Of a stretch of DNA of 64,000 bases, positions 12,015 through 24,600 are shown one piece after another (the first letter of the stretch is position 1; every line of letters begins with the position of its first letter). Position numbers and translations under genes: made by a program. Under the pieces are notes generated by a model that worked only from the letters and a program-made list of their open reading frames with translations, was not told the DNA's origin and did not search any database. Origin of the DNA: Antedon mediterranea (lineage: Eukaryota > Animalia > Echinodermata); contig NC_092673.1 in NCBI RefSeq assembly GCF_964355755.1, positions 3,534,001 through 3,598,000 of the forward strand. The letters run 5' to 3'.

Positions 12015-12696
12015 GCCTGGCATAACTAAGTAGTGACATGTTAGAAAGAATGCTAATATTGTAATAAGTTTTTTTCCAATTAATTAATGTTCTTGAAAAA
12101 GTTTGTATTAAAGTTTATTATTAGTTTATTTTATATATTATAATGAATTGTTCTACGTTAATTATATATACATTTTTATAACAGAAAGTTAATTTAAAAA
12201 AAATCTATTTAGGCCCTAGTTTGAAATATTGTATGTAATTTTAGTGGTTAAATAAGTTCTTATAATTTATTATTTAGAGAAAGTCTGCACTGTTAGTTTA
12301 AATATTATCAATATTCATGAATAGTGTTACAAATTTACTGAATTAATTACATTTATCTTAAGTAAATGGTATGGTAATAAGAAGGGGAAAAGGCCTTTCT
12401 TGTGACTAATGACCCCTTTCCCCCATGGATTTTTCATAGACTATCGATATGTATCTCTGACATTGACTATCAACCCTTCTTGATTCAATGATTTCATCCC
12501 TGTCCTCTCCCCTCTTCCTTATACAGTAATTCCTTAATGTGATTATATGCATTTCAGATGCTGTAAAACAGAAATGAAGATTAAATAAACAACTGTGACT
12601 CACGCATTTTTGGATAATCATAATAAAACGGTGCAGAACATTTTTTTGGGGTAAATTACGGACATTGACCTATTCTAGTGGTCAACATTTATTGCA

Positions 12697-15600
12697 ATGG
12701 AAGGTTCTAATAATAAGAGTGGCGAGAATGGACATCAAGACTCGTGTGGGGTCCTGTTAGTGACCGCTAACCTAGGATCACTATTTGAAGATGTAAGTGC
12801 AATCAATTAGGCAATCTAACAACAGCATGCTGAGCTCCGGAGATCAAAGGGTTTATCTATGGCTGTGACACGATCAGTATCAACCATAACAGACACAGTG
12901 GAGAATATATACGTAGTACAGTACTGTTGGTATTTGTCGCAGCCAGATCAAAGTACTATACGAGCTCCTATCTTGGCATGGCAAGCTCAGTGTTCTGTTG
13001 TTAAATTTCCTTGGTGCAACATTTTGATCACCTACAGTAATAATAATTACAATAATATTAATAAATATTTGCAAGGGATGTGGTAAATTTTATATTGTTC
13101 TAATATTTTTTATCTTTAAACCAAAGAACATTATTTTGGTTTCTGCATGATAACAAATTATAATTACCTAATTAATTATTCCCAAAGAGTCGAGTTAATC
13201 TAAACATACAGTATCTAAAAATAAACCAACACAATACAGTAATTCATCATTGCCAATTACTAGTAAAGACATTTATTTCCCAAAACAAATTTGCTAGATG
13301 AATTAGAAGATTTGCATACAGAATGAACGTTAATTACAGTAGTGTAGGCTTGGATAACACTTAGCAATCAATACAAAACGCTGTGTTATGTTTGCATACA
13401 AGATGGATTTCACATAAAAACACATTATGTAGCAGCATTACAACAGAAGCTACTGTAGTACTGTACTGATTTTTTTATCATATGGTTCATTTATTTATGA
13501 ATTTTCCATAATATAGGGAGGTTGAGCAAGTTCATTGTCCACATGTGGATATTTAGGTCATGTTAAGTCATTTAGTCTGCAGGGTAGTTGTAATAGTTGC
13601 TCACTATTCGACCTTAATCACTGTTTTGGTGGTGTCTAGGCCCAGATGATGACCGAAAACCACACCAATAAATGTTGTGGCGCAGTGGTTAGAGCATTGG
13701 ACTTGCAATCAAGAGGTTGCCGGTTCAAGCCACTGCAGTGTAGAGTCCTTGAGCAAGATTCTTTATCCACATTGTTCCTCTCTACCCAGGTGATAGAAAT
13801 AGGTACCAATATGTAAAAAGTACTGGGAAGGTAAATCACACTTGTTTGTGTGGGAGGAGTGGCGTACCCCCCCCCCCCCCCCACACACACAAACATACAC
13901 ACTTAGTCTGGTCCAAAAGAAAAGGCCACGGCCATTAGCATTAGCTTAGGTTTCGACTTTACCTTTGTCCAGAATTATGTATCACAGTCATTTCAACCTT
14001 TTTTATGTACAGTCATCTCGAAAAAAATCAAATCAGTAGATGATGATGAATTAGGTCAAAGGTCATTCCATATCGGAGTAGTAATAATTATTCTATATTG
14101 TCAATGGCGCTTACTCAAGCTTATCGATTATAAACTTTATTATACTTTTATTTCAGCTGGATAATATGATGCCTATTTGGCTGAAAGCATTTTATAAGGT
14201 GAGTTTTTAGTTTAATGCCATTCATTATAGTTGACATTTCAGAATATATTTCAATATTTTTTTTTTATGTTGTGTACTGTCAAGGAAATTTTGATAAGAG
14301 AAAGCTATAAATACTGTAGATTTAATAATTTTCACATTATTAAGTGGTTTTATTTTGATGTTTGTTTGGTTAGAGTAGCCAGACAAGTATATCATGGCTC
14401 CTTTCATTTCAAGTATATATATAAATATACAGTCGTTGAGTTGAAGATAATAATCTATATTAGGTTATTAATTTTAATAATTAATTTCAGCTGTGTTAAT
14501 CTAGTTTAGTAGGGTTGTACAAGAGTTAGTTACATTTCATATACTGTAGATCCAGCAACTGGTATGTGCACATGCCCCCCAGCCTATCGCCAGCTGATAT
14601 CCTTATGGGTACGTACTGGTACGTTTGGAGGTACAGTAGATAAATAATAATTTGATATTACCAAATAAAACCAAGCCCTCTTTACAAAAATCTATTTATA
14701 AACCGCGGATATTGTGTCTTTATATCCTGTGTGTCCTGACTTATTTTTTTGCTGCACATGTGTTTAAAAGATCATGTTCAAAACACATACAAAGAGACTA
14801 TTTTAAGAAAAAAGTATTTTAATCATTGTTCATACTGTAGTTAATTAAATAAAAACTTGTAAATTGGTTAAAGGAAATGCAATTTGTACTACAATAAAGA
14901 GTATATTGTGGTATTTGTAAACTGGAAATCCAAATTTAACTGCATATTTTTGTAAAGGTTCAATTTATATAATTCTACTTAGTCAGCATTCTTAAAATAT
15001 TTCAAACTCGATTTCTTTGTTATTTTAAAAATAGTACCTACTGTACTGTATTTCCTATATCCATGTACTGTACACTAAACTATTTATTATAATTTTTTAT
15101 AGCTTATTTTAACAGCAACAAATCCTCATTAGGTTTCATAGTTAAATTCTTAAAAATCTTTCATCAAAATAGCCAATTGATATCAAATTTAATACGGTAA
15201 TCATTTATTATTATTTGTACTTTCTATAAATTTCACCAAAAAAAATGAAACAATGTGTTAAATATTTATTTTATGCTGGTGAAAGACAATCCCCCTTCCC
15301 TCCCCCACTTCTCACTACCTATTTTAATAATTACACAGACTTTTTGAGTTTTAAAAATTTTACCAATTGTACAACAGTAATACTATACCAGAATAATAAT
15401 AACAAAATAATAATATTATTATAAACATATGCTATATACTGTAACTGCTGTCAATGATAATTTAAATTTTCTTATTTTATAATATTTTGTGATTCATGAT
15501 ATAAAATGTGGGCTATGTTTAGATTATTGAGTGGGTGTTTTACAAGGCCAGATTTTCAGTAGATATTACATAAACTTGAATATTGGTTAGATTAATAAGA

Positions 15601-18600
15601 CATGCATAATTGTCATATCAGCCAATTTTATCATGTAAAATGGACTTAGTTTAGATAAAGTTTGTTTTTATTTTCTTACATTTTATTTCAACTCCTTCAC
15701 CAAAGTTCAAAAAGTTGTTGTTATTATAAACTGTCAGTCCCTGTCTGTCTGTCTGTCCCCTAAACCTGTAATGTTTTTAGTTTGCATTCTCTACTTGTAT
15801 AAAGGTTGGTTAGAATGTTTTCTAGTTTACGCCACCATTTTTTTGGAAATAAATGTTTTATGATTGATGTCTGCTACTCATCCTAATTTCCAAGCCATAA
15901 CCAGGTTGAAGGTTCTTTTTTTTTCACAAAAGGGCAAACATTATCATGAACTACCGTAGTATATTTAAGGCCTATTTACCATTTCTAGTCTTTACTTTGA
16001 AAAATACATTTATACAAAAAAATAGATTTGTTCGCGTCCCTTAAATCTTCCACCCCACCCTCTGTACATGCCTTGATTCTACCTCTGAAATCTTCTAGTA
16101 CAAGACCCTCTTATACTGTTCCTTTACCTTTTACCTCTCGTTTGACATCACTTCATTTAAAGATGTATTGTCCCCCAAAAACATGACAAATGAAGATTAA
16201 TATAAGACTTTGAATATGTTATTTTGTAGTTTTAATAAAGTTAATTACTTACTTACATGTTTTCACTTATAAAATGACAAAATAAATGGTTAAATTCAAC
16301 CAAAAATACATTGGCTGGCAGCCAATTTGACAATTTTTTGCTTTAAATTACATTTTTTCAGGTAAATACATTTGTTTTCGATTTAATTTTTGGTCAAAGT
16401 GGATAACTATTATGTTACATTGAAATAGAATATTCAACAAACAATTTTTATGAATTATTTTTTTTAGGGGGACAATACATCTTTAAATGTTTAATAAAAT
16501 ACAGTACGGTAAATGTAATATGTAAATGGAAAAGGGGTGGCTTAACATACTGTGTGTACAGTACATTAGGTACAGTATTGTTCTACTATACTGTCCAAAT
16601 GGAAATTATATACTGTACATTATTATATACTGTATCAAGATTTTTCTCCCCTAGAAATATATTCTCTTATATATCTAAAAAATACTGACCAATTTACATC
16701 TCGTGTCCAAATTGCGCGTAAAAACATGTAAAAACATGTAAAAAAGAACATAAAAAGTATAAGGATAAAAAAAATTGTTTAAGTTCAGGCAAATTCAGTT
16801 GTAATTTTATATTGCAGCCAAACATTTTCATGATGAAATGATATGACTCTACTGAGGTAATAGATTCCAATGTTATTTTTAGAATATATTTATGAGCCAT
16901 TAGAGATAGTGATTTGGTGATTAATGTAAGCATACTGTAGCATCAGGTTTCATTTTATTTTTAAACAGCATTCAACTTGGTGATCTTGGATCAAAGTATA
17001 CTTTGATTTTGCTTGTTAGAGATTAGAATGTCTAAACACAATCTTAAATGTACGTTGTTTTAATGCGGACGATGATTCAACTGTAAAATTGCGCTTTTAA
17101 GATTGAGATGTATGGTTTCCATTAAGCTCTTACTTATAAATGCTTGAAAATAATGAGCAACCCTGTAAACTATTACATTTATATAAGCCCACTTTAAGAG
17201 TAAAAAAATAAGCCCATGGGCTTCCTTCCAAGGTTTTACGATATTTATCATACAGGAATTGAAAATTGTACAGTATCTTTAATTAGCGATAGCAATATAA
17301 TAACTTGAATGCCTAAATCAAAACAGGAAAAACATTATTCATTTGCTACTGTATGTAGTTGATCAATAATTATTTTTTTTTTTATCATAAACAGTGATTT
17401 TACTGTGGTTTTACATAGAAAAACAGGCATCATCTGTTACATTACTGTATTACAGGTGCTTTTGCCTTAGGTTCTGTATGTGCAATAGGTTTAACATTGT
17501 ACAGAACATTCTCTATGTAAAGTGTGTCACTTGGCAACCCTATTTTCTTCTTCTTCATATTTGGTTGCATCTCATCTTTTAACTAATGTGTGCTTGCATA
17601 AATTGCTGCACGTAGTATGAAAGATTCAAACCTTTGATTTCAACTGTACTGTACTCAAGAATTAATTACATTTTATGGACAAATATTTTTTTAGCACTTG
17701 ATTGATAATGAAATTTGATATATTTGATAATTTTGAGATTGATAAAATGTTTTCAATCAGTAGTGTTGAAAAAAAATGTTTTGGTTAAAATCATAAATAT
17801 TGTACTTAAATTATTAAATATTATTAAGGTATTTTAGGCCCTGTTTCTGCTGCCAACTAAATACCGTATATTATACGGTATTTTTTTAATACCGTATATA
17901 TACGGTATATTTTTGGCAGCAGAAACTGCGCTCATAAAAAATATACCGTATTTTGTATACCGTATTTTCCCCACAAAATTTGTGGATAAAATACGGTATT
18001 TACAAATTTATACCGTATTTTTTGTACCCGTTTCTGCTGCCAATAAAAAATACCGTATTTTTTTTTTACATGACAAAAGGTCAACATTCGTGTTTTTATT
18101 TTCTGTCGCTGTCAGCTGCTTTACACACGTGTATAGATATATTCGGCGAAAATGTGGAGCGAAGACGTCACAGTTTTACTAAATAAATGTGTGTGGAGAA
18201 GCTAAAATGTCTGGCTAACTAAAAGGTAATAAAAGGGACAACCACATTTATAAAGACATTTCTAAAAAAATAAAGCAGGAGTATGGAATAGACTTGTCTC
18301 CAAAGCAAGTAAACTCAAAGCTGAAGAGCCTGCGAAAGTAGTACAACATTGTAAAATACAATAACTCGGGGAGGGAACGAATTAATTGTCCCCGTTACGA
18401 TGTTTTCTGTGCTCTCACAACATCTCTATCACTAGGGCTAGGCTGTTGAAAGTGAGACGTAAAATTTCTTTTATTGCGACTTTTAATTATCGATCAAATA
18501 AATGAATGGCAATTTGGGTAAAAAAGATGAAATTTAACACGACCACCCAAGAAGTATTGTTAGCAGAAACGGGGTACTAAAAAATACGGTATAAAAAATA

Positions 18601-21600
18601 CCGTATTTTATACCGTATTTTTATACCGTATTTTGAGCAGTTGCAGCAGAAACAGGCCCTTACAGGCAAATATTTTGTTAGAACTTGAATGATAAAGAAA
18701 TGTGATATTTCTGATAATTTTTAACATACATACATTAAGAAATGTTGTTGATTGTCAATCAGTATGTGTTTAAAAAAAATTGGGGGTTAAAATATTTAAG
18801 TAAATTATAAAGCACTGTACTTAAATTATTAATTATTATTATTAAGGTATGAAAAATCACTGAATATTTTAAAATATCATTCCTACAGTATGTAGGTTAA
18901 GATACACATTATCTGTTTTGATTGCTTCCTCTGTTTTCTATTCAATGACGCATATTTTATTAATACATCAACAATTTTCAAATAAATAATAAATAGAATG
19001 AAACTATTTTATTCAGACTATTATTTATTGATTAAGAAATTATGAAACTAGGTCAGCTTTCAACCTCACTCTAGCAAATACTGTACTAAATGCCTATTTT
19101 ACATTATTTATGAGTTGATTTTGAATTAAATACAAATCTACTGCTACTGCAATATAGCATTCTTCAAACATACTGCGCACCAATATAACTCTGTTCGATG
19201 CATGCTTAAGCTGATCCGAATTATATCTGTGTTACATCCGCAGTAAGTGTGTGATCTGTGTTCTTACTGTACCTATGATATAACTCTGATGACATACAGT
19301 ACTGTACATCTGATATACTTACTAAACTAAAATGTAAGCATGCTCTTTATAAGTTATGTTCAGATGGTCTTACTGAACATGAAATTATATGCGCGTCATA
19401 CTTCCGATGAGCGTCCACACAATGCTTGATAAAAGACATTTTACTTGTGAGCTTTGAAGTAACGCTAGTTCACTAGCGCGTATCCTTGTATTCCTTGTGT
19501 ATGCGAAAGTAGTACAGTACTTTGCTCATGAGACTTCTCAGCCTCAGTAAAATTGTCTGTAGTACAGTAACTGTTTAAAGTTGAAATAACTTACAACAAA
19601 CAAACTGCTACTTCAGAGCTTATTTCCAACTTTCCTATATTTTTTACATTCTAATTTGCCATAGACTAAATAATAATGGATTGATTGTGTCAATGTGATT
19701 TTTAAATTAAAAAAGCATCACGTTTTAGCATTCCGTTGTTTGTATTGTTTTTACACCAAGTACAAATCTTGAGAAAATTAAAAACTGGAAAATATATTTT
19801 TTAACTAAACATTAAAGCATTATCGTCTTAAGGAAATTCAATGATGTTTTGTAAACATCTGTACTTTGAACGCTAAATCTATATTGCTATTTTAGATTAT
19901 ATCTTTACATTTTTAATATGATACCATTGCATGTCAAGGGCAAAAAGATATATCTTTAATTCATTTCCATCAAGAAATCGATAAAGTGTTGCCAGTATTA
20001 TTAACGATTAGAGGAAAACAGATTGCTTTGTCTGTATTATCTAATAACCTGCTAATCTTTAGTAATTGTTCGTATTTCTGGCAACTAATCTAATTTCGTG
20101 TTTCTGTATTGTTTCATTGTGTAGTGCTAGATTGACTGTTTAGAATGCTTGTTTTCCAATATTCAAGATGAATGAATAGAGATTATCTTATTAGAGAAAG
20201 GAATAACCTCTTAAGAAATTAAACTCATATACATTTTGTTGGTTTTTAGTTCTTGGTGTAGTAATTCTTAAAGCAGATCTAACAAAGCTATAGGCTTACT
20301 GCGATTGGGTGCAGGTGAATCGTGATAAAAACCAAAACAGCAGCCCCCCCCCCCCCCATAACTTCTGTAACATCGACAAGGGCTAAATTTGAACCAGATC
20401 ACGAGGGTAACCCCCACTCATAAACAAAGGTGTCACGGGTTCTTTAATGTGCAATGGGTTCTTTAATGTGCACTCGACCAATAATATAGTATATACACAG
20501 AACCTCTGTTTTAAGTCTTTTTTAACCACCATACACTGTACTACTGTACGGGAATGTTATGGTTTTAACTGCTAGGCCCCTCAACCCATGTACTGGTTTT
20601 AAAATGTACTGGACCAGTATATTTATACACAACTTGAAAGAGTGAGTTGGGAGAATTGATATCATTATCAATGTGGGGTTGATATTTGAATACTACTGTA
20701 GAAGCTTCGTAGAGGAAACATTTAGGGTGGGTGGTATGTGAAAATTGCATTGTGGGTAATTACGCTTTTACTCCTCTATGATATATATGATATAATTAAT
20801 TGTAACATAAAACTGCATTTTTGCAAAATTGTTTTTTTTTTTACTTGTCCATATTGTAGAAATGGGTATTTTACAGAACACATTGTCAGATACAAATGTA
20901 TTTTTTAACTGCCGACAGATGTGAATTATGATAGCAATTAAGTCTGTAAGGTGTTAACCATGCTAACATTAAAATATGCAATAACCATGACTGAGTATTT
21001 CTATTCTTCACAACTAAATTAAAGTGTGCCATTAGGTAATGGTGTTAACTGGTGTCCTTCCTCTACTGTTTGTTAAAGTTAATCAATGGGTTTGACAAGA
21101 ATATTTGAATAATGTTAATACAATGGGAAAGTATACAGTATGACACAAGAACAGTGTTAAGTTCTGTACACTATCAAACTTTATGTGACGACAACATGTG
21201 ATGTGCCCATATATGGACATGATGATGTCATACCACTACTATATTTGGGCATTTCACTACCATAGTGGATGACCCAGTGTAAGTAAGTTCTGTCTACACT
21301 ATCAAACCTTATGTGACAAAAAAATGTGATGTGCCCATACTGTATACAGTATGGACATATCACTACCATATTTGAGCATCACTACCATATTTGGGAACAG
21401 ACAGAGCGCATCCTTCTTTCCATATAAGGAAAAAAAAACCATATTAATACATATAAAACATTTTAGTATAATGTGTGTTTGATGTACGGTATATTAATGT
21501 ATATATCTTTAAAGAGCTTTTAATTGTTTGAGCTGTACAGTAGGGTACAAATATGCATTTGTTGAAATGTTGCTAAGTTACATGTACACATGGCCCTTAG

Positions 21601-24600
21601 TGGCCCAACCCCCCAGCAAGGGGTTGGAACAATCACCTCCAAACCTCTGTTAACTTTTTTTTTTATTCTTTGTTGTAGTTAGACTGCTGTATTATATCTG
21701 TAGATTGCTGCTACTGTATGTGAATATACATCTAAAAGTTTATAATTGTTATTTTCATGAAATATTTAATTATTTATTTAATTAATTCAATTTCCGCAAA
21801 CAATAACAACAACTTTATTGTGATATGGAGAGACAAAAGACTGAGACAAAATGCTTTTATTGAATTATATTGGTAGTATTTGCCTCAATACAATTTGTGT
21901 TGTCTCTTATCTTAAAATCTAATCTAAAATAACAATTATTAAATTATGGAATATATTTGAAAACATGAAAATATTTGTGTGCATGCCTGTAATTATTGAT
22001 ATGGCAGGTTAATTTTGTATTTATAAAAAAAACTAAGAGTCTATACAAAAAATGTTGATTGCATTTTACATTATACTGTACTTCATAAACGATAAGTAAA
22101 CTAGTGTGTAAAATGAGACATATTTCTGACGTCAACTGTTGCTGATCAATCTGTAGTTTCTTGTGTACTGTTCCATTGACGTATGTTTGGGTGAATCACC
22201 CTTTTTTATAAAAAAAAAAAGAATTTATTGTTGTACGAAAGCATTTGGGATAAAATCAAGGTAAATTTTAACTGTCAAGTTAATACCAATCTGTAACTTA
22301 TAACACTGATTATTTTTGTTGAACCTGATTACAATACTGTATATTTTTTACCCCTTTATATCAAATAATTCAAGAATATGCTGTGAGTTAAGGAATGGCC
22401 TCATTTAATGACCAACGCTATGTGACCGAACCAATTTTATTGTAGTAAAAAATAAAGCATACGTTTTTGTTTAAAAACAATTACTAACACCAATTTGGAA
22501 ATGAATCCTTTATTTTAATGTTAAGGTTTTATATACATCATCAGCAGGCAGCGATATTTCTTTTCGTACATAAGTTGGGGACCCCTCATGAAACGTCACA
22601 AAATAAACATGAATATCCATAAGGTGTGACGTAAGAATTAGCTAACAATTTGTTAATACAAATGCTTTCTGTCTGTGTAGTCAAGTCAATTAGACTATGG
22701 ACTTTACATGTCGATGTATGGGATTCAAATCCTTTCTTTCTTTATTAAAAACAAACCAATTCAGTGGCGGATCTAGCGGGGGGCGTGTGGGGCGTACGCC
22801 CCCCCTATTTTTTAAAGATTTTTTTTTTTTTTTTTAAATTAAATAGATTTTAAAAACACGTATCGTTTCGACGGTCATTTTCATAGTGAAAATAGTACGT
22901 CGGAGCACATCGTCAGCTTGATCGCATTTCACCAAGCATGTACGTCGTCGACATCCTTTGTGTACTATCAATCTCTAGCGTTACCAACGATCATTCACAG
23001 TTAAGTGTAAAACTAAAAGGAGCAAGTTGATAAAAGCCACGTGGTGAGCTTGGTCGCGTTTTACTAAGCAGGTCGGCATCCTTTGTGATCGTCACTCCCG
23101 TTGTAGAGTAGCGGTACGTACCTCCGACGATCAATAGAGTTTATGAAGTCACATGGTCAGTGCTACACTACGCGCCCATTTATTAAATACAATAAAAACA
23201 AAGGCTAGGACTGTAGTGCCTATGAAAATTATCCCGTTAGGCCTATATTTTATTAAAACATATTACTATTAAAATATTAACAATGCTGCATGCAGCATTT
23301 CATGACCGGGCCTTGTAGTGTTTTATTTGCTTTTCCGTCGATGAGTCTCATAAACAAATCGCGATGACAAAAGGGGTGTTTTGTTTTTTTCAAATCACTA
23401 AATATAATGTAATGATGATCGAGCCGGACCGCTAATTTTTAAACGATCGTTTAAACCAGGTCGTTGAATATGCCGTGATTTTAATTGTCAAAAACATGAT
23501 CGTCAGTCGATGGCTCGGAGTTTCGATAAATCTCGCGTCGCATGTGTTGCGTGGTGGTGGAAAACACTCTCAGCAAGTTTGCTTCATTAATATGCATGAG
23601 ACTCTGTGACGACCCGCTTTAACGTGACGTCATTTTACTTTAGCTGCATGGATGATGGATGCGAAGAAGTAGACGTCACCGCGATCGACCCGGCGCGCGT
23701 GTAAGAAAATAATACCGGCCTAGGCTAGGACAAGTTTATGCTTATATAAAAGCTGAAAAACATCGTCGCGTTGTAAAAATTTAGATGTAAAGTACAGGCA
23801 AGTTGTTAGCTTGCTTTGGTACCCTAGGTAAGTATCAGCTGCATGTTCCACATGTCGTAATTTGCGAGCTTTAGAGTGTTTGGTAAATGACATTATGAAT
23901 TGTTTGTAAATCGTTTTAAACGACTTACAATGCGCTAGAACGCCAAAATTTACAGGGGCCTTCGGCCCCTGGACCCCGACCGGGGGCCCTTGGCGGCCCC
24001 CTGGCCCCCAGCCAGTGTTTGCTCGCAAACCTACGCCCCCCCTATTTCAAAATCCTGGATCCGCCCCTGCAATTGGCAGCAAATCTGCTGAATTGCATGG
24101 TAAGGGACAATATACATTCAAAAGACAAGTAAAGTAATAGTCATCATTAAACAAAATTATCGCAATTACAAAATATATGTAAATGTAAACATAAAGTTAA
24201 AAAAATATAGTCTTATTGCAAAGATATAGTATATACATTATTACTTAATTACAATATAAAAATATAATCTTAAATTTAAGTTGCAATGAGCAACTTCTTG
24301 TTACTTTATAGTGAGAAAGAGAGAGATTATTTAGGGGGTTAGGTTTAGTTATATTTAGGAAGTAGTATTCGGTTATCTTTCACATAAGGGGTCCCCAACT
24401 TCAGTTAAAAAAATCACTGGCAGGCACCCAAAATTTCATCTACGGTACCTTAACATAATGATGTTAAGCATGGAAGTTTATTTTATACCCACATTAGTGA
24501 AGTAAACGTGAAAAAGACAGTTTTGTTAAATATATTTATTCATTGGTTGCATGTTTGGTTGTTGAAATAATATTAACTAATTTTTACCAAGAAACCTTCA

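Noticed and set aside
13677-13740. tRNA genes (also 26658-26731 and ~63630-63709)
   Set aside because: The tRNA-like A/B-box heads run directly into SINE bodies and lack a convincing canonical cloverleaf.
23720-24028. 102-aa ORF as a transposase
   Set aside because: It derives from the GC-rich subterminal region of a non-autonomous element; no transposase motifs.
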